NCBI GenBank assembly: GCA_019057475.1
Contig: DXJO01000018.1
Location: 32,001 to 96,000 of the forward strand
Direction of reading: 5' to 3'
Length of the DNA stretch: 64,000 bases
Source of the DNA: Candidatus Thorarchaeota archaeon
GTDB lineage: Archaea; Asgardarchaeota; Thorarchaeia; Thorarchaeales; Thorarchaeaceae
Shown here: positions 39,597 through 48,752 of the stretch, one piece after another
Layout of the letters: the number at the start of each line of letters is the position of its first letter
Numbering within the stretch: the stretch's first letter is position 1
Made by a program: the position numbers and the translations under genes
Notes under the pieces: model-generated
Seen by the model: only the letters and a program-made list of their open reading frames with translations
What the model was told of the DNA's origin: nothing
Database searches by the model: none

Positions 39597-40907
39597 ATGA
39601 TAATGATAAAAGATTTCAAAGGAAAGGTTGCAGTCATAACAGGAGCAGGGAGTGGCATTGGGCGAAGTCTTGCTCATGCCTTTGCAAAAAGGGGAATGAA
39701 AATTGTAATTGCAGATATAATTGAGAATAAATTGAATTCTGTTTCACAAGAATTGGAGAAAATGGGAGCTGAAGTATTATCTTTGGTTATCGATGTATCC
39801 AATCGTGATGATATCAATAAATTAGCAAATACTGCCTATGAACGATTCGGCAAAATAAACATCTTGTGTAATAATGCTGGTGTTGGAGGTGGTAGCCATA
39901 TGCAACTTTTAACCTTAGAGGATTGGGATTTTGTGTTAGGAATTAATCTATTTGGTGTTATTTATGGGACTAAGGCTTTTTTGGCTCATATGTTAGCACT
40001 TGGAGAACCATGTCATATTGTAAATACAGCTTCAGTTGCAGGTTTGGCGCCAGCAGAAAGTGGTCCATATTCTGTTTCAAAATTCGGTGTAGTAGCACTT
40101 AGTGAAATGCTTCTAATACAGAATTATAATACAAATATTGGTGTGTCAGTTCTTTGTCCAGGTTTTGTTGATACAGATATAATCAACAATTCAGAGATTA
40201 TTGCACAAACACGTTCAGGATTGTTTCAACCTACCCCCGAGATGGTTGAAGCAGGTAAAATTCAGTCAGAGAACCTTACAAGACTATTCAAATTTGGTAT
40301 GTCTCCCGATACTGTTGCGGAAAAAGTGATTAAAGCAATTGAAGAAAATATCTTTTATATAATTACTCACCCAGATTATTTACCTCATATACAAGAAAGG
40401 TTTGATAGAATTAATTCTGATTCGGTGCGATTGAATAAACATTTTCCTGAAAAAAAGACAGGAATTATAACAAAAAGATTTGATCAAATCACACCGACAT
40501 TTTCAATCACTTATCCTGATAAATGGATTGAAATGAAACCACCATTGATTTTTTACCCAAATCTAATTTTCGCCACTTCATTTCCTGGACAGAATCTAGA
40601 GGTCTGGGTTAGAGATGTTCCACCCAATATGCTTTTAGAAAATGCAACAAAAATTTGGTCTGATGCGTTAAAGAATTTTGTAAAAGAAGTAAAAATTATT
40701 TCTGATAACCAGACAAAATTAAAGGATGGAACTCCAGCTAACGAAGGATTAACTGAACATCTAACATTTGGATACAACATTAAAATGAACGGTATACATC
40801 TTTCAACATTCAAGGAAAATAAATGGATTAGTGTATATCTATATACTTTAGCCAGTATCTATAACGAAGATCTTAAAAAAATCGTATATTCATTAGAATT
40901 TAAATAA
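39597..40907 (+). CDS. SDR fused to a C-terminal PsbP/Mog1-like domain; AT-rich gene
   Basis: TGAGSGIG, NNAG, YSVSK, CPGFVDT; ~150-aa tail beginning FSITYPDKW; start MIMIKDFKG. Confidence 0.85.
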   Translation: MIMIKDFKGKVAVITGAGSGIGRSLAHAFAKRGMKIVIADIIENKLNSVSQELEKMGAEVLSLVIDVSNRDDINKLANTAYERFGKINILCNNAGVGGGSHMQLLTLEDWDFVLGINLFGVIYGTKAFLAHMLALGEPCHIVNTASVAGLAPAESGPYSVSKFGVVALSEMLLIQNYNTNIGVSVLCPGFVDTDIINNSEIIAQTRSGLFQPTPEMVEAGKIQSENLTRLFKFGMSPDTVAEKVIKAIEENIFYIITHPDYLPHIQERFDRINSDSVRLNKHFPEKKTGIITKRFDQITPTFSITYPDKWIEMKPPLIFYPNLIFATSFPGQNLEVWVRDVPPNMLLENATKIWSDALKNFVKEVKIISDNQTKLKDGTPANEGLTEHLTFGYNIKMNGIHLSTFKENKWISVYLYTLASIYNEDLKKIVYSLEFK

Positions 40908-41087
40908 CTGATTAGAATTCTTTTTCTTCCGACCGGATACAGATATCCAACCTGAGCCGCTGACGCCTTCAGATCGTATTCTCGTTTTTGTTTCTTTGAT
41001 TTGCTCATGTCAATCAACTCGATGTATCTGCGTTATACAGCGACACAGGCACACCTAAGGTCTCTTACCTAGTCATTGCTTATTTGT

Positions 41088-41160
41088 CCGGTTGTGGGTG
41101 ATAACCACGAATGACAATCTTGATGCGCTGCGCTTCTACCAAAGGCGGGGCTTCAGACGG
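41088..41160 (+). pseudogene. C-terminal fragment of a GNAT acetyltransferase
   Basis: RLWVITTNDNLDALRFYQRRGF motif with no upstream gene body. Confidence 0.65.
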
Positions 41161-41455
41161 GAATCAAATCAAACGAAACTCTGGTTCAGATTGTTCTGCA
41201 CATTCAACAGGCTAGTTGCTCGCCTTCGTGGTTCTGTCGGTTGGGGTCCTATGGGATACCTGTTCAATCGCACCTACAATGTTCAGAATCTCTTTAGTGC
41301 ATGGTGGAGGCATTCATGTTCAAATGGAAATCATTATAGATGCTCTGATGCAGCGTTATCGCCAGAGCAGCAAGAAACTGCGGAACGGGTTAGTTCATGG
41401 CTGATAGTAACACTATAATTCAGCCATAGTTAATTATGACAACTAAGGTGACATC

Positions 41456-42469
41456 TTGGCTTCTTCAAAGACTTATGACACGATAATCATTGGCGGTGGT
41501 CCCGCAGGTGCTTCAGCCGCGCTGCATCTTGCATATCACAAACGGTCAGTCTTAGTTCTGGATCGCGGGACAAGCCCCATGCATTTCCATACAAACAGCA
41601 TCTACAACTTTGCAGGTTCTGGCACATACAATGAGGGCAGGTCTCTGCTTCGTCAGATGGAGGGAGTTGCGCAATCCGCAGGAGCAAAACTCAAGGCAGC
41701 GAATGTAGTGGAGGTGTCCGGTCGATACCCGAAGTTTAAGGTCACCACAGACTGGAGTCCTCGAGCCAGGGATAAGTCTGAATACATTTCCAGGACCCTG
41801 ATATTCGCAACCGGAACTGCGCGCAAACATCCACTCGTAAACGGCGAATGGATGAATTGGCTGCCTGTCGCCAATGTCGGAAATGGTGCATACTACTGCC
41901 CAGACTGTGAGGCACCACTATGCAAAGGTAAGGATGTTCTGGTGGTCAATGCTGGGACGGTGGGTAGCGCTCTTCATGTTGCCAACACACTGACACGGTT
42001 TGCCAAGAAGATTCGCATCCTGATGACCGAAGATGCCTATGCACCGATAGAGGGTCAGGACCTCACTAAGCTAGACAAGTCACCGTTCGAATGGGTCAAA
42101 GGCACAATCAAGTCGATAAGTTTTCTGCGACCGAGTAGAGTGCAATCAGTTACCCTAACAAATGGTGAAAAAATACGAGCGAATGTCTTCTTTGTGGCTC
42201 ATGTGGCAGTTCCAAGGTCTGAGCTTGCACAGCAGATTGGAGTGGAAGTGGACCCGCGAGGGAACATTCTCACTGACAAGCGGGGCAAGACCAACAAAGA
42301 AGGAGTCTGGGCAGCTGGTGACTGTCGCCCAATAACACAACAAGTGGCAATGGCAACAGGAACTGGCAATTACGCAGCACTCATGATAAACCAGTTCTTG
42401 GGCAATGAGTACGAGAAGGACCGATTATTCGATCATCCTGATTGCCGCGGACTCATTCATCCCGATTAG
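41456..42469 (+). CDS. FAD/NAD(P)-dependent oxidoreductase, thioredoxin-reductase-like
   Basis: IGGGPAG, ATG, YYCPDC, WAAGD. Confidence 0.85.
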   Translation: MASSKTYDTIIIGGGPAGASAALHLAYHKRSVLVLDRGTSPMHFHTNSIYNFAGSGTYNEGRSLLRQMEGVAQSAGAKLKAANVVEVSGRYPKFKVTTDWSPRARDKSEYISRTLIFATGTARKHPLVNGEWMNWLPVANVGNGAYYCPDCEAPLCKGKDVLVVNAGTVGSALHVANTLTRFAKKIRILMTEDAYAPIEGQDLTKLDKSPFEWVKGTIKSISFLRPSRVQSVTLTNGEKIRANVFFVAHVAVPRSELAQQIGVEVDPRGNILTDKRGKTNKEGVWAAGDCRPITQQVAMATGTGNYAALMINQFLGNEYEKDRLFDHPDCRGLIHPD

Positions 42470-42552
42470 TCCAATCTCGACCCCAAAAGATATGCTTAAA
42501 AACAAGTTGCTTCACTATAGTTAATAGTGTGAATCTTTTTGGAGTGCTTAAT

Positions 42553-43029
42553 ATGACAAACAACGACAAACTCCTAGCAATACTAGAAAAACAGATTGAG
42601 GTGGAGAAGCGCACCCTCGACATGCTCATTGAGGCCGAAGAGAGCTTTGGGGAAACTGCAGTACGTCTCGTCTGTATGGAACTTCGCCTAGACACTTTGA
42701 AACACGTGAAGTTTTTGGAAGGCATGACAGAGATGCTAACGACTGCTCCGTGCAATACATGGTCTGCAAAGATACAGCGCTACGTGGACAGAGTCAAGTT
42801 GGAAAGAATGATTGGCAACCTTGTCCAAGAAGAGGATATGATGGCTGACCTTTATGGGGAAGCACTCGCTGAAATCAATGACCCGATTGCAGAGCTGCTT
42901 CTATTGCACCTCAAGGAAACTGAAGAACGGCATAGTCAAGATCTGAAGAAGATTATTCGCATTATTCAGACGGCCCCATTGCAGTCAGTGAAAGCTGAGA
43001 AGGGAAGTGACATTGTCTGCGAGGATTGA
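42553..43029 (+). CDS. Ferritin-like protein
   Basis: DTLKH, EEDM, ETEERH; start MTNND. Confidence 0.7.
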   Translation: MTNNDKLLAILEKQIEVEKRTLDMLIEAEESFGETAVRLVCMELRLDTLKHVKFLEGMTEMLTTAPCNTWSAKIQRYVDRVKLERMIGNLVQEEDMMADLYGEALAEINDPIAELLLLHLKETEERHSQDLKKIIRIIQTAPLQSVKAEKGSDIVCED

Positions 43030-43069
43030 GAGGAAGCCACATCCAAACCATTAAGGAGAACCATGGAAA

Positions 43070-43579
43070 ATGCAGGCAATTGAAGTGAACCCAATGCCAA
43101 CACTCAATGATGTGACAAAAGATGCCCCGACTGTGAATCAATATATCGACAGAATGCCGATAGGTCATCGCGGCGGCTTCGTTAGACAGCGTGATAGCTA
43201 TGAGCTTGACATGAGCATTGTTGAGAAACTAAGGATACATGCTAACGACCACGAGGTTGTGGCCCTGTTCGCAAACTGGTGCAGTGACTCGCGCAAAGCC
43301 ATACCCGTGCTTGCTCACCTAGAAGACAAGATAGGGCTGAAGGTTCGTGCTCTTGGGGGAATGACAAAGCCATCCTGGGAGGAGAAGAGAAAGAACCCGG
43401 GCATGAACTGGGCGATTCCTCCTAGTCCAAGAGAGGTTGAAACACTAAGTGTAACAAGTAGCCCGACTATCATCATCTTCAATAGCTCCGGAGAAGAAGT
43501 GGGCAGAATCAAGACAAGGCCCAAGGTTGAGAAGACCGTTGAAGCAGAGATTCTCAGAATCATTGAAGATAGCGAATAG
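43070..43579 (+). CDS. Thioredoxin-like protein (WCSDS)
   Basis: NWCSDSRKAIP, SPTIII, EVGRI. Confidence 0.8.
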   Translation: MQAIEVNPMPTLNDVTKDAPTVNQYIDRMPIGHRGGFVRQRDSYELDMSIVEKLRIHANDHEVVALFANWCSDSRKAIPVLAHLEDKIGLKVRALGGMTKPSWEEKRKNPGMNWAIPPSPREVETLSVTSSPTIIIFNSSGEEVGRIKTRPKVEKTVEAEILRIIEDSE

Positions 43580-43859
43580 AGGGTAGTAAACAGCTGGTGC
43601 AAAGTTGGACATACCTGGACAATTCCATTGAGGGCTTTATATAGACCAATACGACATTGATTTCTGAGGAATACGACATACCTGTAAAGGTTCCTCACGG
43701 AGTAGTCCAGTGCCGTTTTCTGGACGTACTAGACTTCGGTGTCCAACTTTGTACAACCTACAATGAACCGCAACCTAAAGTTGACAGTTTACATTTTGAA
43801 CTGATATCATTGTTCGCGTAGTTCTTTCCTACTCGCTACCACTTCTTCTCACGCTCCCT

Positions 43860-44021
43860 CTACTCTACATCAAGAACCTCAAACTTGACTCTGCCGCACT
43901 CCGGACAGCGCCAGGTTGACGTAAGACTCGGCGGATCATCCATTGTTTCAGTTGACTCTCTTTTCATCTGTACTCTGCAGTCGTCGCAGAGGAACGCCTC
44001 GGGATCAGAGGCATCTCTCAC
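43860..44021 (-). CDS. Small zinc-ribbon protein (53 aa)
   Basis: Below the ORF-track cutoff; manual translation VRDASDPEAFLCDDCRVQM...WRCPECGRVKFEVLDVE (two CxxC). Confidence 0.65.
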   Translation of the reverse strand: MRDASDPEAFLCDDCRVQMKRESTETMDDPPSLTSTWRCPECGRVKFEVLDVE

Positions 44022-44040
44022 TTCCAAGGCATATTGAGAA

Positions 44041-44781
44041 CTAAAGCTTCAGATCATGCATCTCTAACCATTTCTTTCCAAGTCGCTCTCCTGTTTTCTC
44101 AACTTCTTCTAATGTGGGTTCCCTGCCGGACCTACGGGCATTTCTTTGGAAGGCCTGCCGAATGAGAACTGGAATTGTCTTTCTCCACAAGTCAATGTCT
44201 GAATGATACTTGAAATCGGGGAGGGCTTCTGTCTGGAAATTCTCAGACAAGATGCGAGCCGCGTGCCATATTTTGCCAATATTCTTTATGTCCTCCTTCT
44301 CATCCCGACCAGTGCTAAAATCTGTGAAGCCAATCATGTATGGCTCTGCTAGCTGCATTAGAATGAAGTTCTTACCATCATATACAGCATAGTTTGAACA
44401 ACCAATCATGACTGTGTAATTGTATGCTTGCCTAAGATATGCGCCATAACTCACTGATAATCTTGAGAATTTTCTAGTCTTGATCTCTATTACAAGAGCT
44501 GGTTTGATCTTAACGCGGTCGAATTCAAGCTGTAAACTTGTTAGTAAGACAATATCTGCTTCCTTGGTTTTGCCATCATCACGAATTGTTGCCTCTATTA
44601 GCACATCCTTTGCGCTCCAGGCAGGAACAGGCCCTCTGGGTATTATGCGTTGGAGGTGTATTGCTTTGTTACGAAGCAACCGATACAACTCTGCTTGTAT
44701 GTAGATCTCTTTGGCCTTTGTTGCGCTTATGTCTAGCAAGTTTAATCCCCTCTGATTGTTCCCCCGTTCATTGAAACTCAT
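44041..44781 (-). CDS. PD-(D/E)XK nuclease, HsdR_N-like
   Basis: EADIVLL...LVIEIKT...RQAYNY...YAVYDG. Confidence 0.72.
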   Translation of the reverse strand: MSFNERGNNQRGLNLLDISATKAKEIYIQAELYRLLRNKAIHLQRIIPRGPVPAWSAKDVLIEATIRDDGKTKEADIVLLTSLQLEFDRVKIKPALVIEIKTRKFSRLSVSYGAYLRQAYNYTVMIGCSNYAVYDGKNFILMQLAEPYMIGFTDFSTGRDEKEDIKNIGKIWHAARILSENFQTEALPDFKYHSDIDLWRKTIPVLIRQAFQRNARRSGREPTLEEVEKTGERLGKKWLEMHDLKL

Positions 44782-44978
44782 GATTCATCACGGATTTACA
44801 TTAATATGTCTTCATGTTCTAAGACTCACTTCTGGGTTGGTTACATGAGGAGGTTGCGGACCAGGTTAAAATTGAGAAAGCTCTCGTCACAGAAGAGTTT
44901 GGTGAGTCCCAGGAGTCCATCACAACTGTTGCCGTCGGGTGAGACGCTCTCCTAGAGGAGCCGGGTCTTGACTTTTGT

Positions 44979-45191
44979 CTATCTCCTCTCTTCCTCTCTT
45001 TCCCTCAAGGCCTTTCTGAGTTCCTCTAAGTCTAAGTTGACTCTTTGTTCATCGTACTGCGGCTCAGGCTTCTGACGAACACCAGTCCTTAGTCTGGTGT
45101 TGAGGTGTCTGAGTGTGAGTCTTCTCCTCTAGCGCCTGAGTTCCCTCTTGAACTCACGCCAGACTTCTCTCTGTCCCTCGAACCTCATCAT
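44979..45191 (-). pseudogene. 70-codon basic/coiled-coil ORF interrupted by an in-frame TAG at codon 21
   Basis: ATGA overlap with the upstream gene; MMRFEGQREVWREFKRELRR*RRRLTLRH...EELRKALREREEERR*. Confidence 0.55.
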
Positions 45192-46498
45192 GCTCTGCCC
45201 TCCTCTATGAGTCTGTCAAGGTCAGCTGCCAGAGTTTCGGGACTTGTGTTGGTTCCCTTATTGGAATTTAGGTGCTGAGTCTCAGAACCGTCCAATGGAA
45301 ACAGGACCATCCTTAGAGACTTGGATATGACCAGCAGAACCCAAGCAAGGCCGCCAGCTCTGACGACCTCGTTCTCAGGCGTGACCTCATAGATCCGATT
45401 GACGTGGGGCTCTGAAGAAAACTTGACGTTTAGTGCATAGAACGAATCAGGATCATCTCCATTCATTCCAGCAATGTCATTGACTCGACAACTCTTCCAA
45501 GATGAAATATCGCAGTGTCCCTTGCCTGAGCTTGACCCGAGATACCAATCACCGCGCCCATGTAGAGAACTATGCGTGAACTCTTCGACCACTCGGCCGA
45601 TGTCCGAATTCGACAGTTGTCTTGTTCTGGTCCTTATGCGTTCGTTGAAGGTCACTATTAGCATCTCCGGGATAATGGCAGCTTCAACCATACAGAACAA
45701 CAGGTCAGTCCTTCGCATCCTCGACTCCGGTGGAACTAAGTTCCAACTCACGAGGTGCGCGTCACGTTCGGGAATCCCTTTTCTTATGCAGAGGTCATAG
45801 AACATCTGACGCAGACCCAACCATCCCGATGATACTTTGACAGCCTCTTCACCGGGCTCTGGTGGCAGACCGAACGGGGCCAGCTCCCTGAACGCCTGCT
45901 TAATCTCCTTATGATACCGCATGATTCGGCGCTGACTTGGCTTAAAGTGTACGATTCCTTTAGTCTCCACGGGGTTGCGCTTCCATAGTAAAACATCAGA
46001 TTTACCATCATCAATCGGCGTCAGCAAGGCATCATCTACTTGAATCACCACGAGGTCACTCCAGTCAATGAATTTGACAGACTCCTGAGTCGAGGCCTGT
46101 CTTGGCCGCTCACCTATCTCAAAGAGATGTCTTGCTACTTTCATCCCGATATACTCAGACAGAGCACTGACATCACCCCAGTCAACAGACATCCATCTGA
46201 GATTTGGTCGTGGTGACTTGGACTGACTTGACTCCATTGTGAAGTAGTACCCTACGTCAAACGCAACCTCGTCTTTGACCATATCTGACCAAGTACATAT
46301 CTTCTTTGTCGCCTCGGTCACGACCTCTTGAACGCCGGGGCCAGTTGACTTCACGAACTTGACCCAAGGACATCCTGCCTCTATCTTGAAATGTTTTGCA
46401 TTCGGCCCGGTCACGAAAATCTTGCCTGATAGTGCATTTTTGTTATAACCCCAATAGGGGAACTTCCATGTCCCTTCTACAAACCGCTCTGAGCTCAT
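45188..46498 (-). CDS. Hypothetical protein (436 aa) in the helicase operon
   Basis: Long ORF with 4-nt overlaps to both neighbours. Confidence 0.8.
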   Translation of the reverse strand: MSSERFVEGTWKFPYWGYNKNALSGKIFVTGPNAKHFKIEAGCPWVKFVKSTGPGVQEVVTEATKKICTWSDMVKDEVAFDVGYYFTMESSQSKSPRPNLRWMSVDWGDVSALSEYIGMKVARHLFEIGERPRQASTQESVKFIDWSDLVVIQVDDALLTPIDDGKSDVLLWKRNPVETKGIVHFKPSQRRIMRYHKEIKQAFRELAPFGLPPEPGEEAVKVSSGWLGLRQMFYDLCIRKGIPERDAHLVSWNLVPPESRMRRTDLLFCMVEAAIIPEMLIVTFNERIRTRTRQLSNSDIGRVVEEFTHSSLHGRGDWYLGSSSGKGHCDISSWKSCRVNDIAGMNGDDPDSFYALNVKFSSEPHVNRIYEVTPENEVVRAGGLAWVLLVISKSLRMVLFPLDGSETQHLNSNKGTNTSPETLAADLDRLIEEGRA

Positions 46499-46701
46499 AG
46501 TCCAGCCTCCTCTATCATCTTGATTGCTTCCGGAGTTAGGAATAATAGGTCGCCCTCACGGAGCACATATCCTTGGAACATCCCGTCGCTGAACTCAAGT
46601 AGTTCTTCGAGTCTGTCAAACAACTTCTCAAACAAGTCCCTCAGGTCGGGGTGTATCTTTGGGTCAACGACTCTGCGTATGGTTGTTATTGTATCACTCA
46701 T
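46495..46701 (-). CDS. Small hypothetical protein (68 aa)
   Basis: 4-nt overlaps on both sides, GGAGGTG RBS. Confidence 0.7.
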   Translation of the reverse strand: MSDTITTIRRVVDPKIHPDLRDLFEKLFDRLEELLEFSDGMFQGYVLREGDLLFLTPEAIKMIEEAGL

Positions 46702-48752
46702 CTGGCCGCCACCTCCTTGCCTTTAGTGGTCAGCACAATCCACATTGGATTGCCCCGTTCCACGACCCAGCCCTTCGACATGAATTCAATCTTCAACATA
46801 CGGTCTTCGCCTGTGAGTCGTTTCACTTCTATTGCATCATCTAGACTCTCAGCATATCTGAACCAGAACTTAGCCAATCGGTGTGTTTTCTTCTCAGACT
46901 TCTGGTCAGTGAATCTATCCAGTTCTAGTGAAGCAGGTGAAACGACTGAAGCAGCCTCTTCGGAATCCTTTTCTTGGTGAGTCTTTTTATCCTCATTTTC
47001 ACTCCCAGAACTACTCCGTGAAAAGGATTCCAGAACAGGTGCTTCAACCGCTTCACCTGCTTCAGTTTTCACATCATATTCGTCTAATCTAGTCTGAGTA
47101 TCATCATACTCATACTTGAATCTGATGTTATCTATATCAACGCCGAGTGCCCTGAGGCCTACAAGGTCTATATCCAGACCTGAGTACGCTCTGACCTGTT
47201 TCCCTCCCTCAATACGAGGCTGACTCTCATTAATGAATGGTGCATATCTCTTGAGCTGTTTATGAAACCATGAGGTTGAGATGGGTTTCAAATCCTCAGC
47301 AACGCAGTACTTCAAATGCAAGTCGTACAATGAACTCTTCACGAATAGATCAGACTCGTGGTCCGGCATGATGAATTTCTCAACCATATACTGGACCGGG
47401 TTGCTCACTCGTAGATACTCAAGTCGCTCGACCTCCCAGCCTCTGTCACCGGTCAGCTTACCGTTCTTCCTCAGTCTTGACCATCCATCAAGTGCCTGAT
47501 TCAATATACCGCTTAGCTCTGTCGACGTTGTCAGTCGAGAGAGCAGCTTGTCACGCGGAACCGTGCCCTTCTCGCCCTTGAGAAAAGTATTTGGAAAGTT
47601 GAACACACGGAGTCTGCGCCACACGCCTGTAACGTCGTCATAAATTGGTGGTGGATTGTTGGATGAGAATATCAACACAGCTACGCTGTAGAAGCTAAAG
47701 CTCTCACGGAACTTATACTCCCCCTCTATGATACCTCCGCCTGTCAAATCTTTGATTCTGTTAGTATGGATGATAGGGGTATTCGGAATCTCCCCGGCTA
47801 TGTTCGCCAGTTTGCCACGGAGTCGACTTGACGCAAACCTGTTCTCAGCAAGTTGCTGAAGCGTCACGGCTGATACATTGGTCTTGCCCAAGAATGAGGT
47901 CATGACATCCAGCAGGACTGACTTACCGTTTGCTCCGGCCCCGACAAGAATGACCATCATATCGTACGGCCAGCCCTTCCACAGACAGTATCCAATCAAC
48001 TCGAAAATCGATTGAATGTCTTGGTCGTTCTCCAATACCTCTGACAGGAACTGCTTGAACGCTGGACAGTCTGCATTTGGATCATAGTCAACTGGAATAG
48101 CTGCAATCTGATATTCCTCAGGGTCAAAACCCTTCAAATGTTTCTTGGTGGTGAGGTTCAGGCGACCGCCCTTGAGGACCAGAATTTCTGCTGGACCTCC
48201 AAGCTCAATGCTCTTGTCATACGAGAGGTTTTGAATCATATTGACAGTTTCGTTGCAGATATGCGACCTGTAGTCAGCATTTGTCATCTGGGTGACAATC
48301 CTGCGGATGAAGTCCTCACCGTCCTTTGTCCAGACCCCTATATCTGGGTCATACCGCCAGAGATGGAAATGTTTGCCCTGTGTGTGGAATCTTTGCTCAC
48401 TCTGAAGCCACTCTGCTATCATTGACACCTTCCTAGGTGTGCCTTTCGTTTTCTGAATGGCAGTCGTAAGCTGTTCCAACGTCATACCAGTGACCTTGAC
48501 TCTCTCATGCTCTGGTTCCTTCTTCTTGGTCTTGACCTTGCCCTTCATCGATTTCTTCGGCGTTTTGGCTCTTGTCATTTCTAACACAAAGTCAACATGC
48601 ATTTTCTTACAGGCACCTCTAACAAGATGATTCTGAATCTGAAGAAAATGCTCTGCGTTAATCTCGGACTGAATCGGTTTTCTGTAACTCTCGATTGCGT
48701 CTATGATCTCACTCATGGAACACAACCATAATTCCGGGTCAAGTTCGTCCAA
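46698..48752 (-). CDS. Phage/plasmid D5/P4-family SF3 helicase (primase C-terminal-type)
   Basis: D5_N region (YDP..GVW, YDPNADCP.F..FL), Walker A GAGANGKS, Walker B NIAGE, SSNNPP, WRRL. Confidence 0.9.
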   Translation of the reverse strand: MDELDPELWLCSMSEIIDAIESYRKPIQSEINAEHFLQIQNHLVRGACKKMHVDFVLEMTRAKTPKKSMKGKVKTKKKEPEHERVKVTGMTLEQLTTAIQKTKGTPRKVSMIAEWLQSEQRFHTQGKHFHLWRYDPDIGVWTKDGEDFIRRIVTQMTNADYRSHICNETVNMIQNLSYDKSIELGGPAEILVLKGGRLNLTTKKHLKGFDPEEYQIAAIPVDYDPNADCPAFKQFLSEVLENDQDIQSIFELIGYCLWKGWPYDMMVILVGAGANGKSVLLDVMTSFLGKTNVSAVTLQQLAENRFASSRLRGKLANIAGEIPNTPIIHTNRIKDLTGGGIIEGEYKFRESFSFYSVAVLIFSSNNPPPIYDDVTGVWRRLRVFNFPNTFLKGEKGTVPRDKLLSRLTTSTELSGILNQALDGWSRLRKNGKLTGDRGWEVERLEYLRVSNPVQYMVEKFIMPDHESDLFVKSSLYDLHLKYCVAEDLKPISTSWFHKQLKRYAPFINESQPRIEGGKQVRAYSGLDIDLVGLRALGVDIDNIRFKYEYDDTQTRLDEYDVKTEAGEAVEAPVLESFSRSSSGSENEDKKTHQEKDSEEAASVVSPASLELDRFTDQKSEKKTHRLAKFWFRYAESLDDAIEVKRLTGEDRMLKIEFMSKGWVVERGNPMWIVLTTKGKEVAAR
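46929..47064. repeat. Inverted iteron array (3 x 9-bp TGAAGCRG-like plus a 12-bp inverted repeat in each arm): candidate replication origin
   Basis: 45-bp arms at 46929-46973 and 47020-47064, 36/45 complementary, 46-bp spacer. Confidence 0.75.

Noticed and set aside
43664-43720. Hammerhead ribozyme (CTGAGGA matches CUGANGA)
   Set aside because: No correctly placed GAAA or stem III
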